Shown: positions 37,310 to 51,439, counted from the first letter of the whole stretch. The stretch: DNA of 63,849 nucleotides, filler included, from Octopus bimaculoides (GCF_001194135.2; 5 parts of 5 records of this genome joined end to end with filler, not necessarily neighbours in it); one strand, 5' to 3'. Numbers and translations: made by a program. Notes: generated by a model not told the origin, from the letters alone.

Positions 37310-38080
37310 CATATACTGGTTCCTATATGCTGTTCATATCTGCACTGCGTCTGCTTAGGAGGTTGTTGTGTCCTAGCATATGTGCTGCTTCTTTTAGTTT
37401 TCGTATTTTCCAGTGGTGTTCTCTGTCTATTATTTTAACTTCATCCCACAGGGGGAGGTAGTCTCCATTTTCCATACATGATCAGCAATACCCGATTTAT
37501 CAACATTTCCTCGTGTCACAGCTTTGCGAAGTTCGTCTACCCTTATTTTGAGGGGCCGCATGTTTCGCCTTTGTATAACCTACCACAGCTGCGTGGGATG
37601 GAGTACACGCAGTCTTTGGTCATATTTTCTTCTATTGGTGGTTTTATTTGAAGGAGATATTTGCGAAGTGTTGTATTACTCTTGAATACTATCCTGATGT
37701 CATATGGGCCGCATATCTTTTGTATCTTTTCGGATATCTTTTGTATCTACCCTTTCACATAGGGTAGACACTGTGGACAGTTTTTTGGCCTCATCCTCTC
37801 TCTTCTTCATAACTGGAGTGGATAGTATACTTTTGGGGTAGTTGTTGCTTAACAGATCATTATTGAGCTTGATCATTTCTTCGTGGTGGGTATCACGATC
37901 GCTACTTATATTCTTTGCACGAAGTTTTAGCACTGAGCAATCCCTCTCTTTACACTGTATGGATGGTGGGAATTGAAGTTGAGGTATCGTCGGGAAAAGG
38001 TCGGTTTGCGGTATACGGATGTCCTGAATCCATACTTGTCCTGAATCCACCCCTTCCAAATTCGTTTTCCTAATCATTTA
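37310..38080 (-). mobile_element. Penelope-like retroelement fragment (RT C-terminus + GIY-YIG endonuclease)
   Basis: RAKNISSD...LLSNNYPK, then IKPPIEENMTKDCVYSIPRSCGRLYKGETC and IIDREHHWKIRKLKEAAHM across frameshifts. Confidence 0.85.
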
Positions 38081-38319
38081 CCGGAAATCAGTGCAAGAAC
38101 GAAAGTTTAAAAGAATTACTATACAAGATATGAAAATATCCGGCGTAGAAACAATGGAATTATTTCTTAAACAGATTTAAGCTATTAAGCCGAGTTTTTG
38201 TTTCATTGCGCATAGCCAAAGTTAATATTAAAACAGGGAATTCAACGGGCTTAAGGACTTTCGGTCTTTAAGCCCGTTGAATTCCCTGTATTAGTATTAA
38301 CTGTTTGTATTAATATTAA

Positions 38320-38945
38320 GCTACGTCTTGTATTAATATCAAGCTACTTCCTCTACTGCACCTAGTAAATTAGATTTAACGTTTAATAAATGTAATCCCT
38401 CGAGACTGAAAGGAACTGCGAGTAGACGCTCTGCACACTCTGTTACTAATATTAATTCTCCGCACATAAGCTGAATTTCGGCACATAATGACATGCTGTC
38501 CCATCTGACTAATAGCGTTTATAATTGTAATTGTAAGACGTCAGAAATGTGTCCATTAGATAGTAATTGTGTTGAGAAATTTTGTCTATTAATGTACTAA
38601 GGGAACTCATAACAGTACGAAATATTCTAGAGGTTCTGTAGCCGGCTTTGTCGAAATATGGTTCTCTATGATTCTTTACTCGTTTCATAATGAACATCTA
38701 CGACTGTCTACTTACTTCGTTAGCTGAATATAACTTGAAATTAATATCGAAAAGAATGGAAATTAAGCTTCATTCGTTTATTATCGATACCACATCCTCC
38801 TTATCAGGTGGAGGGTGTGGTGCCATTTGATTCGATTTAAGAGAGGATAAGGCCATTAATATTACTAATAGGTAACATTTACTTAAGCTTAACGAATTGA
38901 TTGTCACTTGCAGGCATCGATTAAAATACTAATTTATGACTACAC
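38320..38945 (+). mobile_element. Second, more decayed Penelope-like fragment of a different family (GIY-YIG C-terminal region)
   Basis: Remnants CPLDSNC, SFHNEHLRLST and NELIVTCRHRLKY resemble the PLE motifs CPL.G.C and SELI..CRH..K. Confidence 0.6.
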
Positions 38946-39422
38946 TTAGATTGATTTTTGCCTCCTTCACTAGATTTTTATGTGAGGGTGTGTGATAATA
39001 AATGACCCTTATGTCCAGGTCTTAATCCCTGGTGCACTTAAAATTATTGTATGTGTATTTTATAAATCTCTTTTTCCTTCTCACTTTGTATTTCAAAGTA
39101 ACCGCTAACATATGAATGGTCACAATTAAATACTTCACCAATGACAAATACGAATAATTATTTAATTTGCTTATTTCTGTTTTCGTTGTGTTGCACTTGG
39201 TATTTTGTTGTCATAAATTATTTTTATGGAGAGGATGTCGATAAAATGAGTACCAGTTAAGCACTAAGTCTGATGTATTCGATTATTCTCTTTTCCCAAG
39301 ATTAGTGGCCTTGAGTCAGTTTCGAACGGTTGTCATTATTTTTTACTACTACCATTGATTTTAATGAGATTGTGATTATTTTAATTATTGCTATTTTTCG
39401 TACTATTATCACTAGTTATTGT

Positions 39423-39805
39423 GGAGGCGCAATGGCCCAGTGGTTAGGGCAGCGGACTCGCGGTCATAGGATCGCGGTTTCGATTCCCAGACCGGGCGTT
39501 GTGAGTGTTTATTGAGCGAAAACACCTCAAGCTCCCCGAGGCTCCGGCAGGAGATGGTGGTGAACCCTGCTGTTCTCTTTCACCACAACTTTCTCTCACT
39601 CTTACTTCCTGTTTCTGTTGTGCCTGTAATTCAAAGGGTCAGCCTTGTCACCTTGTGTCACGCTAAGTATCCCCGAGATCTACGTTAAGGGTACACGTGT
39701 CTGTGGAGTGCTCAGCCACTTGCACGTTAATTTCACGAGCAGGCTGTTCCGTTGATCGGATCAACTGGAACCCTCGACGTCGTAAGCGACGGAGTGCCAA
39801 CAACA
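39423..39805 (+). mobile_element. Full-length tRNA-derived SINE (about 380 bp)
   Basis: A box tggcccagtgg, B box gtttcgattcc, and a tail ending in caacaaca. Confidence 0.8.
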
Positions 39806-39924
39806 CTAGTTATTATTATTGTTATTATTAGCGGTACAACTAGCATTACAACTACGTTTACTTGTGTTGCTGTTGCTGCTATTGCTGTTGTTGATGTGGT
39901 AGTTGTCGTCGTTGCTATTGCTTT

Positions 39925-40480
39925 TGAAGACGTTACACAGTGTCCAATATTGTGATGTTGTAGATTGGAGATATTGTATGTACAATTGATTTGTACTGTA
40001 TGCCAAATCACAAGGACCTCAGACAGACAGTATTTTACGCAATATGCTTGCAGTTCCAAGTAATACTGACTTTTGCAATGCACCAAGATTGTAGAATATT
40101 TCTAAAGAGTGCAGATGTTTCTTCATGTTGGCTAGTATTGAACCCAATTCTCCGATAACAACAGGGGCGATCTTTTTGCTTGAATCTCGCAGCTGCTACA
40201 TCTTGGTGATCTCAAATTTCAGGTGTCCATATCTGTCGATTTTTTTCTCTTCATTTCATTGTAATATGTTGATTTCTTGGCACTGTCACGTCGATTATTT
40301 GCTACTCTTCCTTATACCTCCTAAAGGCTACTATATCTGGCCTTCGGTATTCTGACACTGCGTCTGTCTGAAAGGCGAAGTCTCGGAGGACCTTTGCCAT
40401 CCCCCTTTCGCACAATACCTTTTTCTGAGTATGTTGGTACCCGGCAGCCGTTACCTCGTATCCATACTTCTGACATATAT
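39925..40480 (-). mobile_element. R4/Dong-clade non-LTR retrotransposon, 3' end (restriction-like endonuclease)
   Basis: CQKYGY..., LRDFAFQTD...RRPDIV, then KIDRYGHLKFEITKM, IAPVVIGELGSI and LLGTASILRKIL (PD..D...K RLE motif). Confidence 0.85.
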
Positions 40481-40710
40481 TTTCTACTGCTCCTACTACT
40501 CCCCAAATTTCAGGCCCTGTAGAAAGGATTATTATTATTATTATTATTTTGTCGAATATGGCACCATTGTTATTGTGCATTGTTATTGTGCTCGTAGTTA
40601 TTGTATACGAGTATATGTAAATTTATATGTGCGTCTATGCATTTGTGTACGCGCGCATGTATATATCTGCAAACACACACAGGTACACGCAAGCACAAAC
40701 ACACACACGA

Positions 40711-40836
<126 letters not shown>

Positions 40837-41310
40837 ACATACATATTGTATATTTATATGTTTATATGTGTGCATGTGAAAGTTTCATAGGGCCAATGTA
40901 TTCTCCTTCCATTACTGACAACTTTATTATCAAAGCATCTCACTGCGTATATTTCTGGCCTCTTCTCCGATCTCAATGCTTTCTTCGTGTTGTTTATGTG
41001 TTATGCAACCTATTATATCCTCCGTAATACTTCATTTTTCCCCCCTTTATCACCGTAACCCTTTATGTTTTACTTTTATAGTCCAGAACAGTTTATTGCA
41101 ATGATCCATTTTTTTTGTGGATGTCATGTTGACTTCTCAGCCTCATAAACTGCGATACATTATTTCGAGTATTTTTATTTATATTTGAATACACTTGTTC
41201 TTATTATTTCACCCTTCATCTTTCTTAATGTCCATCGTTGGTTTATGCACGATCCACATATATCTATCTATCTATCTATCTATTCTTCTCGCTCTCTATA
41301 TATGTATGTG

Positions 41311-41359
<49 letters not shown>

Positions 41360-41880
41360 GTATATGCATATAAATATATATATATACATATGTATCTGTG
41401 TATATGCATGTATATACATATAAAAATAATGTATGTATGATTGTATGTATGTATGTATGTATGTATGTATGTATGTTAGTCAGTGAACGGAGGCAAATAG
41501 AGATGGCCACAGGCAGATAGCCTCTTGAGACAAACGGCCAGAGGTAGAAAGAAAACAATCAACCAACTATGATACAACCTCCTTCGTTCTCTAACTTTCA
41601 CTAGCTCACTTTCTTTTCTTTCCAACATCCCTCTGTCTCTGTCTCACTGCTAGAATGACGAAAACGTGTACACACGTGCAGGCCAAAATTATCTCTGTTA
41701 ATCTCGCATGCATTTCCATTTATATTATTAAACACCTGCCCGTCGTGGTATGGTATATATAAAAGTAACGATAAATATATTTGGAATCAGCATTAACTTC
41801 GTCCACTGTTCGTCTTTCACGTCTTATTATTTGCCGTTACATTGATGACTCCGACGTTCCAATTTATAATATATCGTTAT

Positions 41881-42295
41881 ACTTCCTTTACCGTCATCAG
41901 TATGATATAACTCAACGTACATAATAATAAATATTTATAGACATACCATACAAACACAACGTATCCACAGTGCAACTACAAATGTTCATATTTATATATT
42001 CAGTTTAAATCTAGATCGTTCATCTCAGCTACGTGTGAATAAGCAAAATAATTCAACATTAGAATAAATTGATTTAAGTGAATTCATATTTATTATTATC
42101 AAGAATAAAATTTATATAGGGTTTTATCGGGTAGCTAGCATGTAAAAACCTTTTAGGTATAAATCAATACAGAGTATATAATTTTTTATAAAAATTATAA
42201 GGGCAACTACATGGTATTGCCACATTCTAGAAGATTCAAATGACTTTGTAATTGTGTACGTTGAGTTATGCCATACTGATGACGGTAAAAGAAGT
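41881..42295. mobile_element. Putative MITE with ~45-bp inverted ends
   Basis: acttcctttaccgtcatcagtatgatataactcaacgtaca (41881-) versus tgtacgttgagttatgccatactgatgacggtaaaagaagt (-42295). Confidence 0.55.
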
Positions 42296-43676
42296 TAATC
42301 CCTGAAATAGAAATCAATTGATCGTTGGCAAAAACTTTTTAAAAATCTTCTTTGTTCATTTCCCTCGCTTTCAGCTTTCAGCCCGTTTCTATGTGATAAA
42401 TAAGGTAGATTTAGAGTCATTTGACATCTTCCTCTAGCATGTGACACTATCATGTAGTCGCCCTTATTATATATATATATATATATATATATGCATATAT
42501 ATATATATATAATTCAGGATTTCAAGTGAATCAAGCACTTAAATGGTAAGGCACCAGCTCAGGTCGAAAAGTAAAATGTGTACACAACAAAAATAGATGA
42601 ATAAGTATGTGGGTACCGAATTACAGATAGAAAGATATTCAGGTTATGTATACGATTAATTGTACCCGACTAAGTATATCTTGAACCCTGAGGTTAATCA
42701 GGGAACAAATATTTCACTAAATGCACGGTTCATTATATACTTCGCATCTATGCAAGGAGCAGGTTCCAATAGAGGTGAATGGTAAAAAAAAAATTCAATA
42801 CAGTTGTTTCCAACGAATTTTTAATTGATTAATATGGACATTACATTATTAAGAAGAAAAGAAAACGTTTTCAGCAGGCAAATACAGGTGAAGTGAATTG
42901 ACACGTTATTCATCAGTTGTTTTATATATATATATATATAAATATATATGCGTGTGTATGTGTGCGTGTATATATATATATATATATATATATNNNNNNN
43001 NNNNNNNNNNNNNNNNNNNNNNNNNNNNNNNNNNNNNNNNNNNNNNNNNNNNNNNNNNNNNNNNNNNNNNNNNNNNNNNNNNNNNNNNNNNNNNNNNNNN
43101 NNNNNNNNNNNNNNNNNNNNNNNNNNNNNNNNNNNNNNNNNNNNNNNNNNNNNNNNNNNNNNNNNNNNNNNNNNNNNNNNNNNNNNNNNNNNNNNNNNNN
43201 NNNNNNNNNNNNNNNNNNNNNNNNNNNNNNNNNNNNNNNNNNNNNNNNNNNNNNNNNNNNNNNNNNNNNNNNNNNNNNNNNNNNNNNNNNNNNNNNNNNN
43301 NNNNNNNNNNNNNNNNNNNNNNNNNNNNNNNNNNNNNNNNNNNNNNNNNNNNNNNNNNNNNNNNNNNNNNNNNNNNNNNNNNNNNNNNNNNNNNNNNNNN
43401 NNNNNNNNNNNNNNNNNNNNNNNNNNNNNNNNNNNNNNNNNNNNNNNNNNNNNNNNNNNNNNNNNNNNNNNNNNNNNNNNNNNNNNNNNNNNNNNNNNNN
43501 NNNNNNNNNNNNNNNNNNNNNNNNNNNNNNNNNNNNNNNNNNNNNNNNNNNNNNNNNNNNNNNNNNNNNNNNNNNNNNNNNNNNNNNNNNNNNNNNNNNN
43601 NNNNNNNNNNNNNNNNNNNNNNNNNNNNNNTATGTATACATATATATATTCACACAAACATACATACACAAATATG

Positions 43677-43719
<43 letters not shown>

Positions 43720-44397
43720 ACATATATATATTCACACAAACATACATACACAAATATATGTATGTGTATAAATATATATATATATATATAGATATCACAT
43801 ACATGCATATATATACACACATATACGTAAATATCGAACAAGGAGAACAAGTGCTCTATACCGCATTGGTGGTTAATGATGATTTTTCATTTGTATATTA
43901 AGGCTACCATTTGTTTTATGATATGGAAGCCTATCAGACAGAACGTTGGCGTTCGTCTTCAAAATGTCCTAATGAAGTAAATTTCACAAAGCACAAAATA
44001 GATTCGGAATTGTTTCTCTTTCTCGCAGTTACCAAAATATTTGTAATAATATTAGCTCTACTGTATTACTTTCCATGCAGATGGTGTTCTGAGTATTTAA
44101 TGCACAGCAGTTAACACAGAAAACGCGCACAGTTCATTATGTTGTATTTTCTAGAAACATTTACTGAAACAAGCAGAAAAGAGAAAATCTAATTTTCTGC
44201 TCATAGTTCGCCTGTTTGATGATTTTTGCTTTATCAGTTGAAACGTTTGTAAACAGAATTAGATTTATCTGTTTTCCTGTTTTATTGTTTAGATGTTACA
44301 ATAAAACTGAATCTCTCTTTTTTTTTTATTGCATGCTTCTGTATCTTTACCACTATGAAAGCCATTGTGGATAATTTCCGATATCATTTATTGATGC

Positions 44398-44447
<50 letters not shown>

Positions 44448-44644
44448 TANNNNNNNNNNCACACACACACACACACACACACATACATACACACACACAT
44501 ACATACATACATACACGAACACATACACGCATGCTCACACAAACACACGCACGCCGCACATACACACACACATACATGTATATACACACATATATATGTA
44601 TATGCACACATATATATAAATATATATATATATACATATATGTG

Positions 44645-44691
<47 letters not shown>

Positions 44692-44934
44692 CNNNNNNNN
44701 NNCACACACACACACACACACACATATATATCCATATATACAAATAAATATAAATCTATTCGATTATATATGTATATATGTATGTATGTATATATTTATA
44801 TAGCGCTTTGAATTTCTAGTGTTTTAATTTTGTTTCCATTTACCGATTTGCCTTTCGTAAATGGTGTAAAAGCGGGGGAATTTCTATTCTTTCTGACACC
44901 TTTGTGAGAAATAGTTGTTGTTGTTTTTATTGTT

Positions 44935-44970
<36 letters not shown>

Positions 44971-47224
44971 TGCTTCAGACCTGAAAACATATGAGAGTTT
45001 GGCGCTCTGTAGAATCTGATATTAAACAGGTGTTAACGTGAGGGAATTTTTTTTTTTTCATGTTTCCTTCCTAGAACTATTTTGTTTTTGATCCACGTTT
45101 GAATTCCTCTTCCATCTGGGAAGAATCAAATAAATGTAGGTCATTCTAATTAATTTGAAGCTTTATGTTTGGTGTTTATACTCAATCTATAAAAGAAATG
45201 GCCACCACTCGATAGAGAGCTAACGCTTACGAAAAGAAAAAAACAATCATTTGAATAAACAGCAACTGAAAAATATATTTAATCACTCAGGAAAGTTTTA
45301 ATATCTTACAAGGAGCAGGATGTAATAATTTATTGGAAGAATGATGCAAAAACTGAAGTTATTTGTAAGGATATAACAAATAGCATCACCGTGAATAAAA
45401 ATAACAATGCATGCACACACTGAAGTTGCCCAGTGGTAAATGCCTATCATTCCACCAGGCAAAGCAATAAATGAAAATGACATACTGAGAAACAAAGAAA
45501 GGGTTTCCATTCTTCGTTGCTTCACTGGAATTGCTTTCAACTGATGGATTTTGATTAGAATTATTTGACGCTGGAAAATATTTTGTCTTGGAGATCTTCG
45601 TAACAGAGAAAGCTGCATAAAATGTGAGGAAAAAGAAGAAAATAACTTTCTTATGCATCTCGGAAGACATACGGTTTCCCCCATACTATGTGAATGGCAA
45701 CGTGAGGGATGACAGATTCTCTATTAATTGAGGGAACCAAGCGTGCAATAATGAAAATGGAAGAAGAGCGGAAGGAACAGTGTGAGCTGGAGCGTTGCAC
45801 AACTAACCAGGAATTAATTGCAATATATGATGAAGCGCAACACCAGAGTTATGAATTAAAGGTTTGTCGTTACTTTTCTGGTGCCTCACAAACGGTGGGA
45901 ATTTGTGTGAGAATCTGCATATACAACTTCTAACGATATCCAAAGACCACAGAACAATTCAAAACGGTGTGTTCCGTCATGGGTACGAAACTAGAGATAA
46001 AGAACAAAAAGCTTAACTTCTTCACTTGTTTTAGTTTCAGTGACATGTTGTCGAGTAAGTAAATTTTCATGAAGTCACAAAGTTCGAAGAGAGGACCTAC
46101 AGGGGTTCCCAATCAACCCTGCAGCGTCTTGTTGAGGACTTTTGATATTCAGAGGTTTGATAAGCTGGAACAAGGTGAGCAGTGTGTTGAAGAGAAATTG
46201 CTCAAATAAGACTCCTTGTTAATTTTTGTATCATACATTCTATAGATAAAGCGTGTTGGAAAACCTGCAGTCGACATATATACCGCTCGGAGTTTATGGT
46301 AACATTATACAAGAAATATTGGTTTCAAATAGGGAGACGAGCTGGCAAAAACGTTAGCACGCCGGGCGAAATGCTTAGCAGTATTTCGTCTGTCTTTACG
46401 TTCTGAGTTCAAATTCCGCCGAGATCGACTTTGCTTTTATGCTTACGGGTTCGATAAATTTAGTACCAGTTGCGTACTGAGGTCGATCTAATCGACTGGC
46501 CCCTTCCCCAAAATTTTGGACCTTGTGCCTAGAGTAAAAAAAGAATATTTCTTATAAGATTAAGCCAAAAGTTATTTGTCGCTTGGCCAAAATGAAGAAA
46601 TTTTCTAAATAAAGAGCTCCGGTGATTATAAAGACGTTCTTGTGAAAAGAAAACAATATCTCGTACTTAGAAATAATTGCAAATTATGCAACAATAGGGA
46701 CCCGTTTGATTAGCTTTAAAAAGAAAATGCTGTGCTTGTTAAATAAAATAACGCATCGAAAAGAAAGACTATTTAACTTGAAGTTAAACTGAATGATGCC
46801 AATTTAGATATACAGGTGAATTCTACTAACAAGACTTAATTCGAGAAATTTTTGGAAACTCATTTGTCAACAAACATCTTCGCAAAATCATCCGCAAATT
46901 CACCAGTTTGATGTATCAAATTTTGGGGCTGTTTTGAGACATTCTAGAAACTGACATTCGACTTGAAAATGAACATGTAGTAAATTGCAGACTGCGACAA
47001 AAATCACGGTTTCGTTGGAAATGGTATATTAAATATTAATTGCACGAAATTAATCATCTCCTTTGGACGTGATATTAAAATTATCGCTTTGCTGAAATAA
47101 AGCCAGAATTGAAATTGAAATGATGTATTAAATATTAAATGCACAAGATTAATCAACTCGTTTGTACCTGACCCTAAAGCTATCGCTATTCTGAAATAAG
47201 GCCAGCATTTAAATTGTATATTAT

Positions 47225-47778
47225 ATATCAGGCTGAGTAAAAAGTATGCACTGTTTTGAAATATGAAATTCATCACAAAATATTTCAACAATGCGCAAAT
47301 TTTATTCATAGAAATATAGTACCAACACAATTAACATTTTTTTCCAACGAGTTACAAGTTTGTTTATTCTGATAACATAAAAATCTGGAGTTCTGGAGCT
47401 GATGAACTCTTTGAACACGCATTCAGCATCGGTTTGATGTTTGAACTCCTTCTCTCGCAGGAAACCATCAAGGTACTTGGAAAAGTGGTAGTTGGAAGGA
47501 GAAAGGTCTGGGGAATAAGCTGGGTGGGGAAGAACTTCGTTGCCAAATTCCCTCAACTTCTGGAGCGTCATGAGTGAAACGTGCGGTCGAGCATTGTCAT
47601 GAAGAATGCTTGGCCCTCTTCTGTTGACCAGTCTGGGACGGAGGAGTAGCAATTTTTCATTCATTTTGGCAATTCTATGGCAATACGTTTCTGTAGTAAT
47701 GGTTGTTCTGGGTTTTAAGAAGTTATAGTAGAGGAGTCCAGCAGTTCACCACCAAACGGTCAGCTTAACCTTCTTTTT
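47225..47778 (-). mobile_element. mariner transposon, 3' half (Hsmar1/SETMAR-like transposase C-terminus)
   Basis: KKVKLTVWW, ILHDNARPHV, LPHPAYSPDLSPSNYHF, INKLVTRWKK; TIR tatcaggctgagtaaaaagt at about 47225. Confidence 0.9.
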
Positions 47779-48501
47779 AAAAGTAGTTTGTGTCAAACGC
47801 TTCTTTTGGCTGTCTCCACACGTATACTCGGCCGGTAGTCAGAAATAAGGTAAAAAATGACTCGTCCGAGAAAATAACATTCTTCCACTGCTCTAAGGAC
47901 CAAATTTGTAGGTTTTTACTCCATTCTAAACGCTTTGCAACGTTTGTTTTTGAAAGTAGAGGTTTTCTGATTGCAGCCCTCCCGTGAAATCCGGCTTTGT
48001 GCAGCTCCCGGTGAACAGTCTCTGTGGAAACTGGGTTCTCGAGGTGGTCATTTTGGTCTACAGTAATTTTGGGAGCTGTACTTCTGTGATCCTTTCTTGT
48101 AATTCGCGTACGAGTCCGACTGTCCCTATCTGAAAGTTTTGGTTTTCTTCCGAAGTTTTGTTTCGACGAGAAGGTTTTTTCCCTCTTTCTCAAAAGCTGT
48201 CATTACTTTCGAGACAGTACTTCTTGATACACCAAACATTTTGTCTGTTTTCGTTATGCTAGCACCTGCAGTACGAGCACCAACTAGTTGACCTCTTTGA
48301 AAGCCCGATAGATCTGTTATTTCAATGAATTTTAATTACCTATTTCTGGTGATATCTGAAAAGAAACAGCAATTTTAGCAAAATATATTACGCAACACTA
48401 ATAAATAAAAGAAACATAAAAATAAACAAGCTTTTGATGGTTTTTTAGATATTTCAAAATTATGATGCTAGGTGTTTCCATTATTTTGTCCAACGTCTGT
48501 A
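47779..48501 (-). mobile_element. Tc1-family transposon, 5' half
   Basis: TIR TA-CAGACGTTGGACAAAATAATGGAAACACC at 48471-48501; translation GRKPKLSDRD...AAIRKPLLS...VIFSDESFF...GRVYVWR. Confidence 0.9.
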
Positions 48502-49089
48502 TATATATATATATATATAGTGGGGCAATAGGAATTATAAAACTTAGGTATTTAACTTAGGAAATCCTTCTACGGACAGCAGCCAAAGTAATGAAACTGT
48601 TGTTCCAAAACATGGAAAATCCACAAATAGTGATAAAATTCTTGAAGATTTAAGTTTTGATAATTTTAATTCATTGTTGACAATTTTTCAATCTATACCA
48701 TGGTGACTAGTCATCCAACTTCATGAATGGCTATGCAGATAAACTACGTAACATATATGAGTAGATCATAAATAACGGACATGTTTATAAACATAACACG
48801 AGATTAGTCACCATGAAATGGATGAAACAATTGTGAACTATGAAATAAAAATATCCCAAACTCCCAGTCACCAACATTAAACAACCCCCTCCGCCACGTA
48901 CACATACACAGACACACACATATCCCACAGACACACGTACATGTATGTTTGTGCATTGATGCAAGTATATTTGTCTTTGATGTTAATTTAAGCACTTTAC
49001 AGAATTCAACTAACAAATTAACGGTAAAAGACTGTATTGTGTGAGTCCAGACAAGTTCAGATGTGTGCGCATATGTGAGGGATAATGTG

Positions 49090-49151
<62 letters not shown>

Positions 49152-49252
49152 TGCATATGTACCATACATATATACATATGATTCAGTATTTTCTTTCTGG
49201 AAACCTGTAAAGTCAAAACTACGCTAGTGCATATATATATATATATATATAA

Positions 49253-49310
<58 letters not shown>

Positions 49311-49319
49311 GTGTGTGTA

Positions 49320-49379
<60 letters not shown>

Positions 49380-50035
49380 TAGATATATATATGCATATAT
49401 ATATATGTACATATATATATATATACATATATAATATATATATGCATATGTATATATGTATATGTATGTATATATATATTATATATATATACATATATAT
49501 ATATATATGCATATACATATATATATATATATGCATATACATATATATATATGCATATACATATATATATATATACACATATATATATATTTATATATGT
49601 ATGTATATATATTTATATATGTATGTATATATATTTATATATGTATGTATATATATTTATATATGTATNNNNNNNNNNNNNNNNNNNNNNNNNNNNNNNN
49701 NNNNNNNNNNNNNNNNNNNNNNNNNNNNNNNNNNNNNNNNNNNNNNNNNNNNNNNNNNNNNNNNNNNNNNNNNNNNNNNNNNNNNNNNNNNNNNNNNNNN
49801 NNNNNNNNNNNNNNNNNNNNNNNNNNNNNNNNNNNNNNNNNNNNNNNNNNNNNNNNNNNNNNNNNNNNNNNNNNNNNNNNNNNNNNNNNNNNNNNNNNNN
49901 NNNNNNNNNNNNNNNNNNNNNNNNNNNNNNNNNNNNNNNNNNNNNNNNNNNNNNNNNNNNNNNNNNNNNNNNNNNNNNNNNNNNNNNNNNNNNNNNNNNN
50001 NNNNNNNNNNNNNNNNNNNNNNNNNNNNNNNNNNN

Positions 50036-50096
<61 letters not shown>

Positions 50097-50685
50097 ATGT
50101 ATGTATGTGATTGAATATACGTGTATGTATGCGTGTGTTAACGTGTATGCATGTTTCTTCTTAATATGATTGAAACCAGCTTCGCTCAGTTTCATTCTTC
50201 AGTCGATTTAATTGATTGAAACCGTTTTTTTTTTATTACAGTCAGAACAATGTTGCAATGGTACATTTCTTGCTCCCTCTCTCTCATTCCATTCCTCCTT
50301 CACTCTCGTCCTGCCGTCTCTCTCTGTCTTTGAGTTTATTTCTTTGTCTCCGTCTCTCTCTCTCTCTCTCTCCCTCCCTCTCTCTGCCTCTGTCTGTCTG
50401 TCTCTTTCCCTCTTTTGTTGAGTCCATCTCAGACACCACCTTAATGGAACACTACTCTATTGCATCATTCACCATCTGTGTCTCTCTTCTCATTCTCCAT
50501 CTCTCTTCCCACTCTGTACGTGCATATATATGTTTATATATATATATATATATTTGTGTGTATGTATGTACATAACGTATGTGTGTGATATGTCTTAATG
50601 AAAGACACATATACATACATAGATAACTATAAACATATATATGTATAAATATATCTATCTCTCTGTCTCTCTCTCTCTCTCTATG

Positions 50686-50719
<34 letters not shown>

Positions 50720-51439
50720 NNNNNNNNNNNNNNNNNNNNNNNNNNNNNNNNNNNNNNNNNNNNNNNNNNNNNNNNNNNNNNNNNNNNNNNNNNNNNNNNN
50801 NNNNNNNNNNNNNNNNNNNNNNNNNNNNNNNNNNNNNNNNNNNNNNNNNNNNNNNNNNNNNNNNNNNNNNNNNNNNNNNNNNNNNNNNNNNNNNNNNNNN
50901 NNNNNNNNNNNNNNNNNNNNNNNNNNNNNNNNNNNNNNNNNNNNNNNNNNNNNNNNNNNNNNNNNNNNNNNNNNNNNNNNNNNNNNNNNNNNNNNNNNNN
51001 NNNNNNNNNNNNNNNNNNNNNNNNNNNNNNNNNNNNNNNNNNNNNNNNNNNNNNNNNNNNNNNNNNNNNNNNNTTCCATCTCCCTTTGTTTCTCTTCCTC
51101 TCTCGTAGCAGCAGGGATGAATGAAAAAACAATTATAGCATATTGGAAGATCGATAATTTCAATATGACATTAGTGTGTTACATCCACACCAGCAATATT
51201 TGTTAAAAGACCAAAAATTCTGAGAAGTGAGAATACTCAAACCAAAAGCATTTTAACGCATCTATAAACCAACCTTTATTTAATCACATCTAAAAAACGC
51301 TATCTCTGAGAAAACATTCGGACTCTTTTTGCCGAACCGCTAAGTTACGGGGACATAAACACACCAGCATCGGTTGTCAAGTGAAGTTGGGGGGACAAAC
51401 ACAGACACACAAACATATACACACGTATTGATTGGTTCA

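Noticed and set aside
10025-39500. tRNA genes at 10025, 11082, 15200, 24705, 28652 and 39423
   Set aside because: A/B boxes are present but the cloverleaf stems are broken, and most continue into SINE bodies.
43631-43790. Tandem duplication of a ~80-nt TA/CA-rich unit
   Set aside because: Low complexity and adjacent to a gap, so probably slippage or an assembly artefact.
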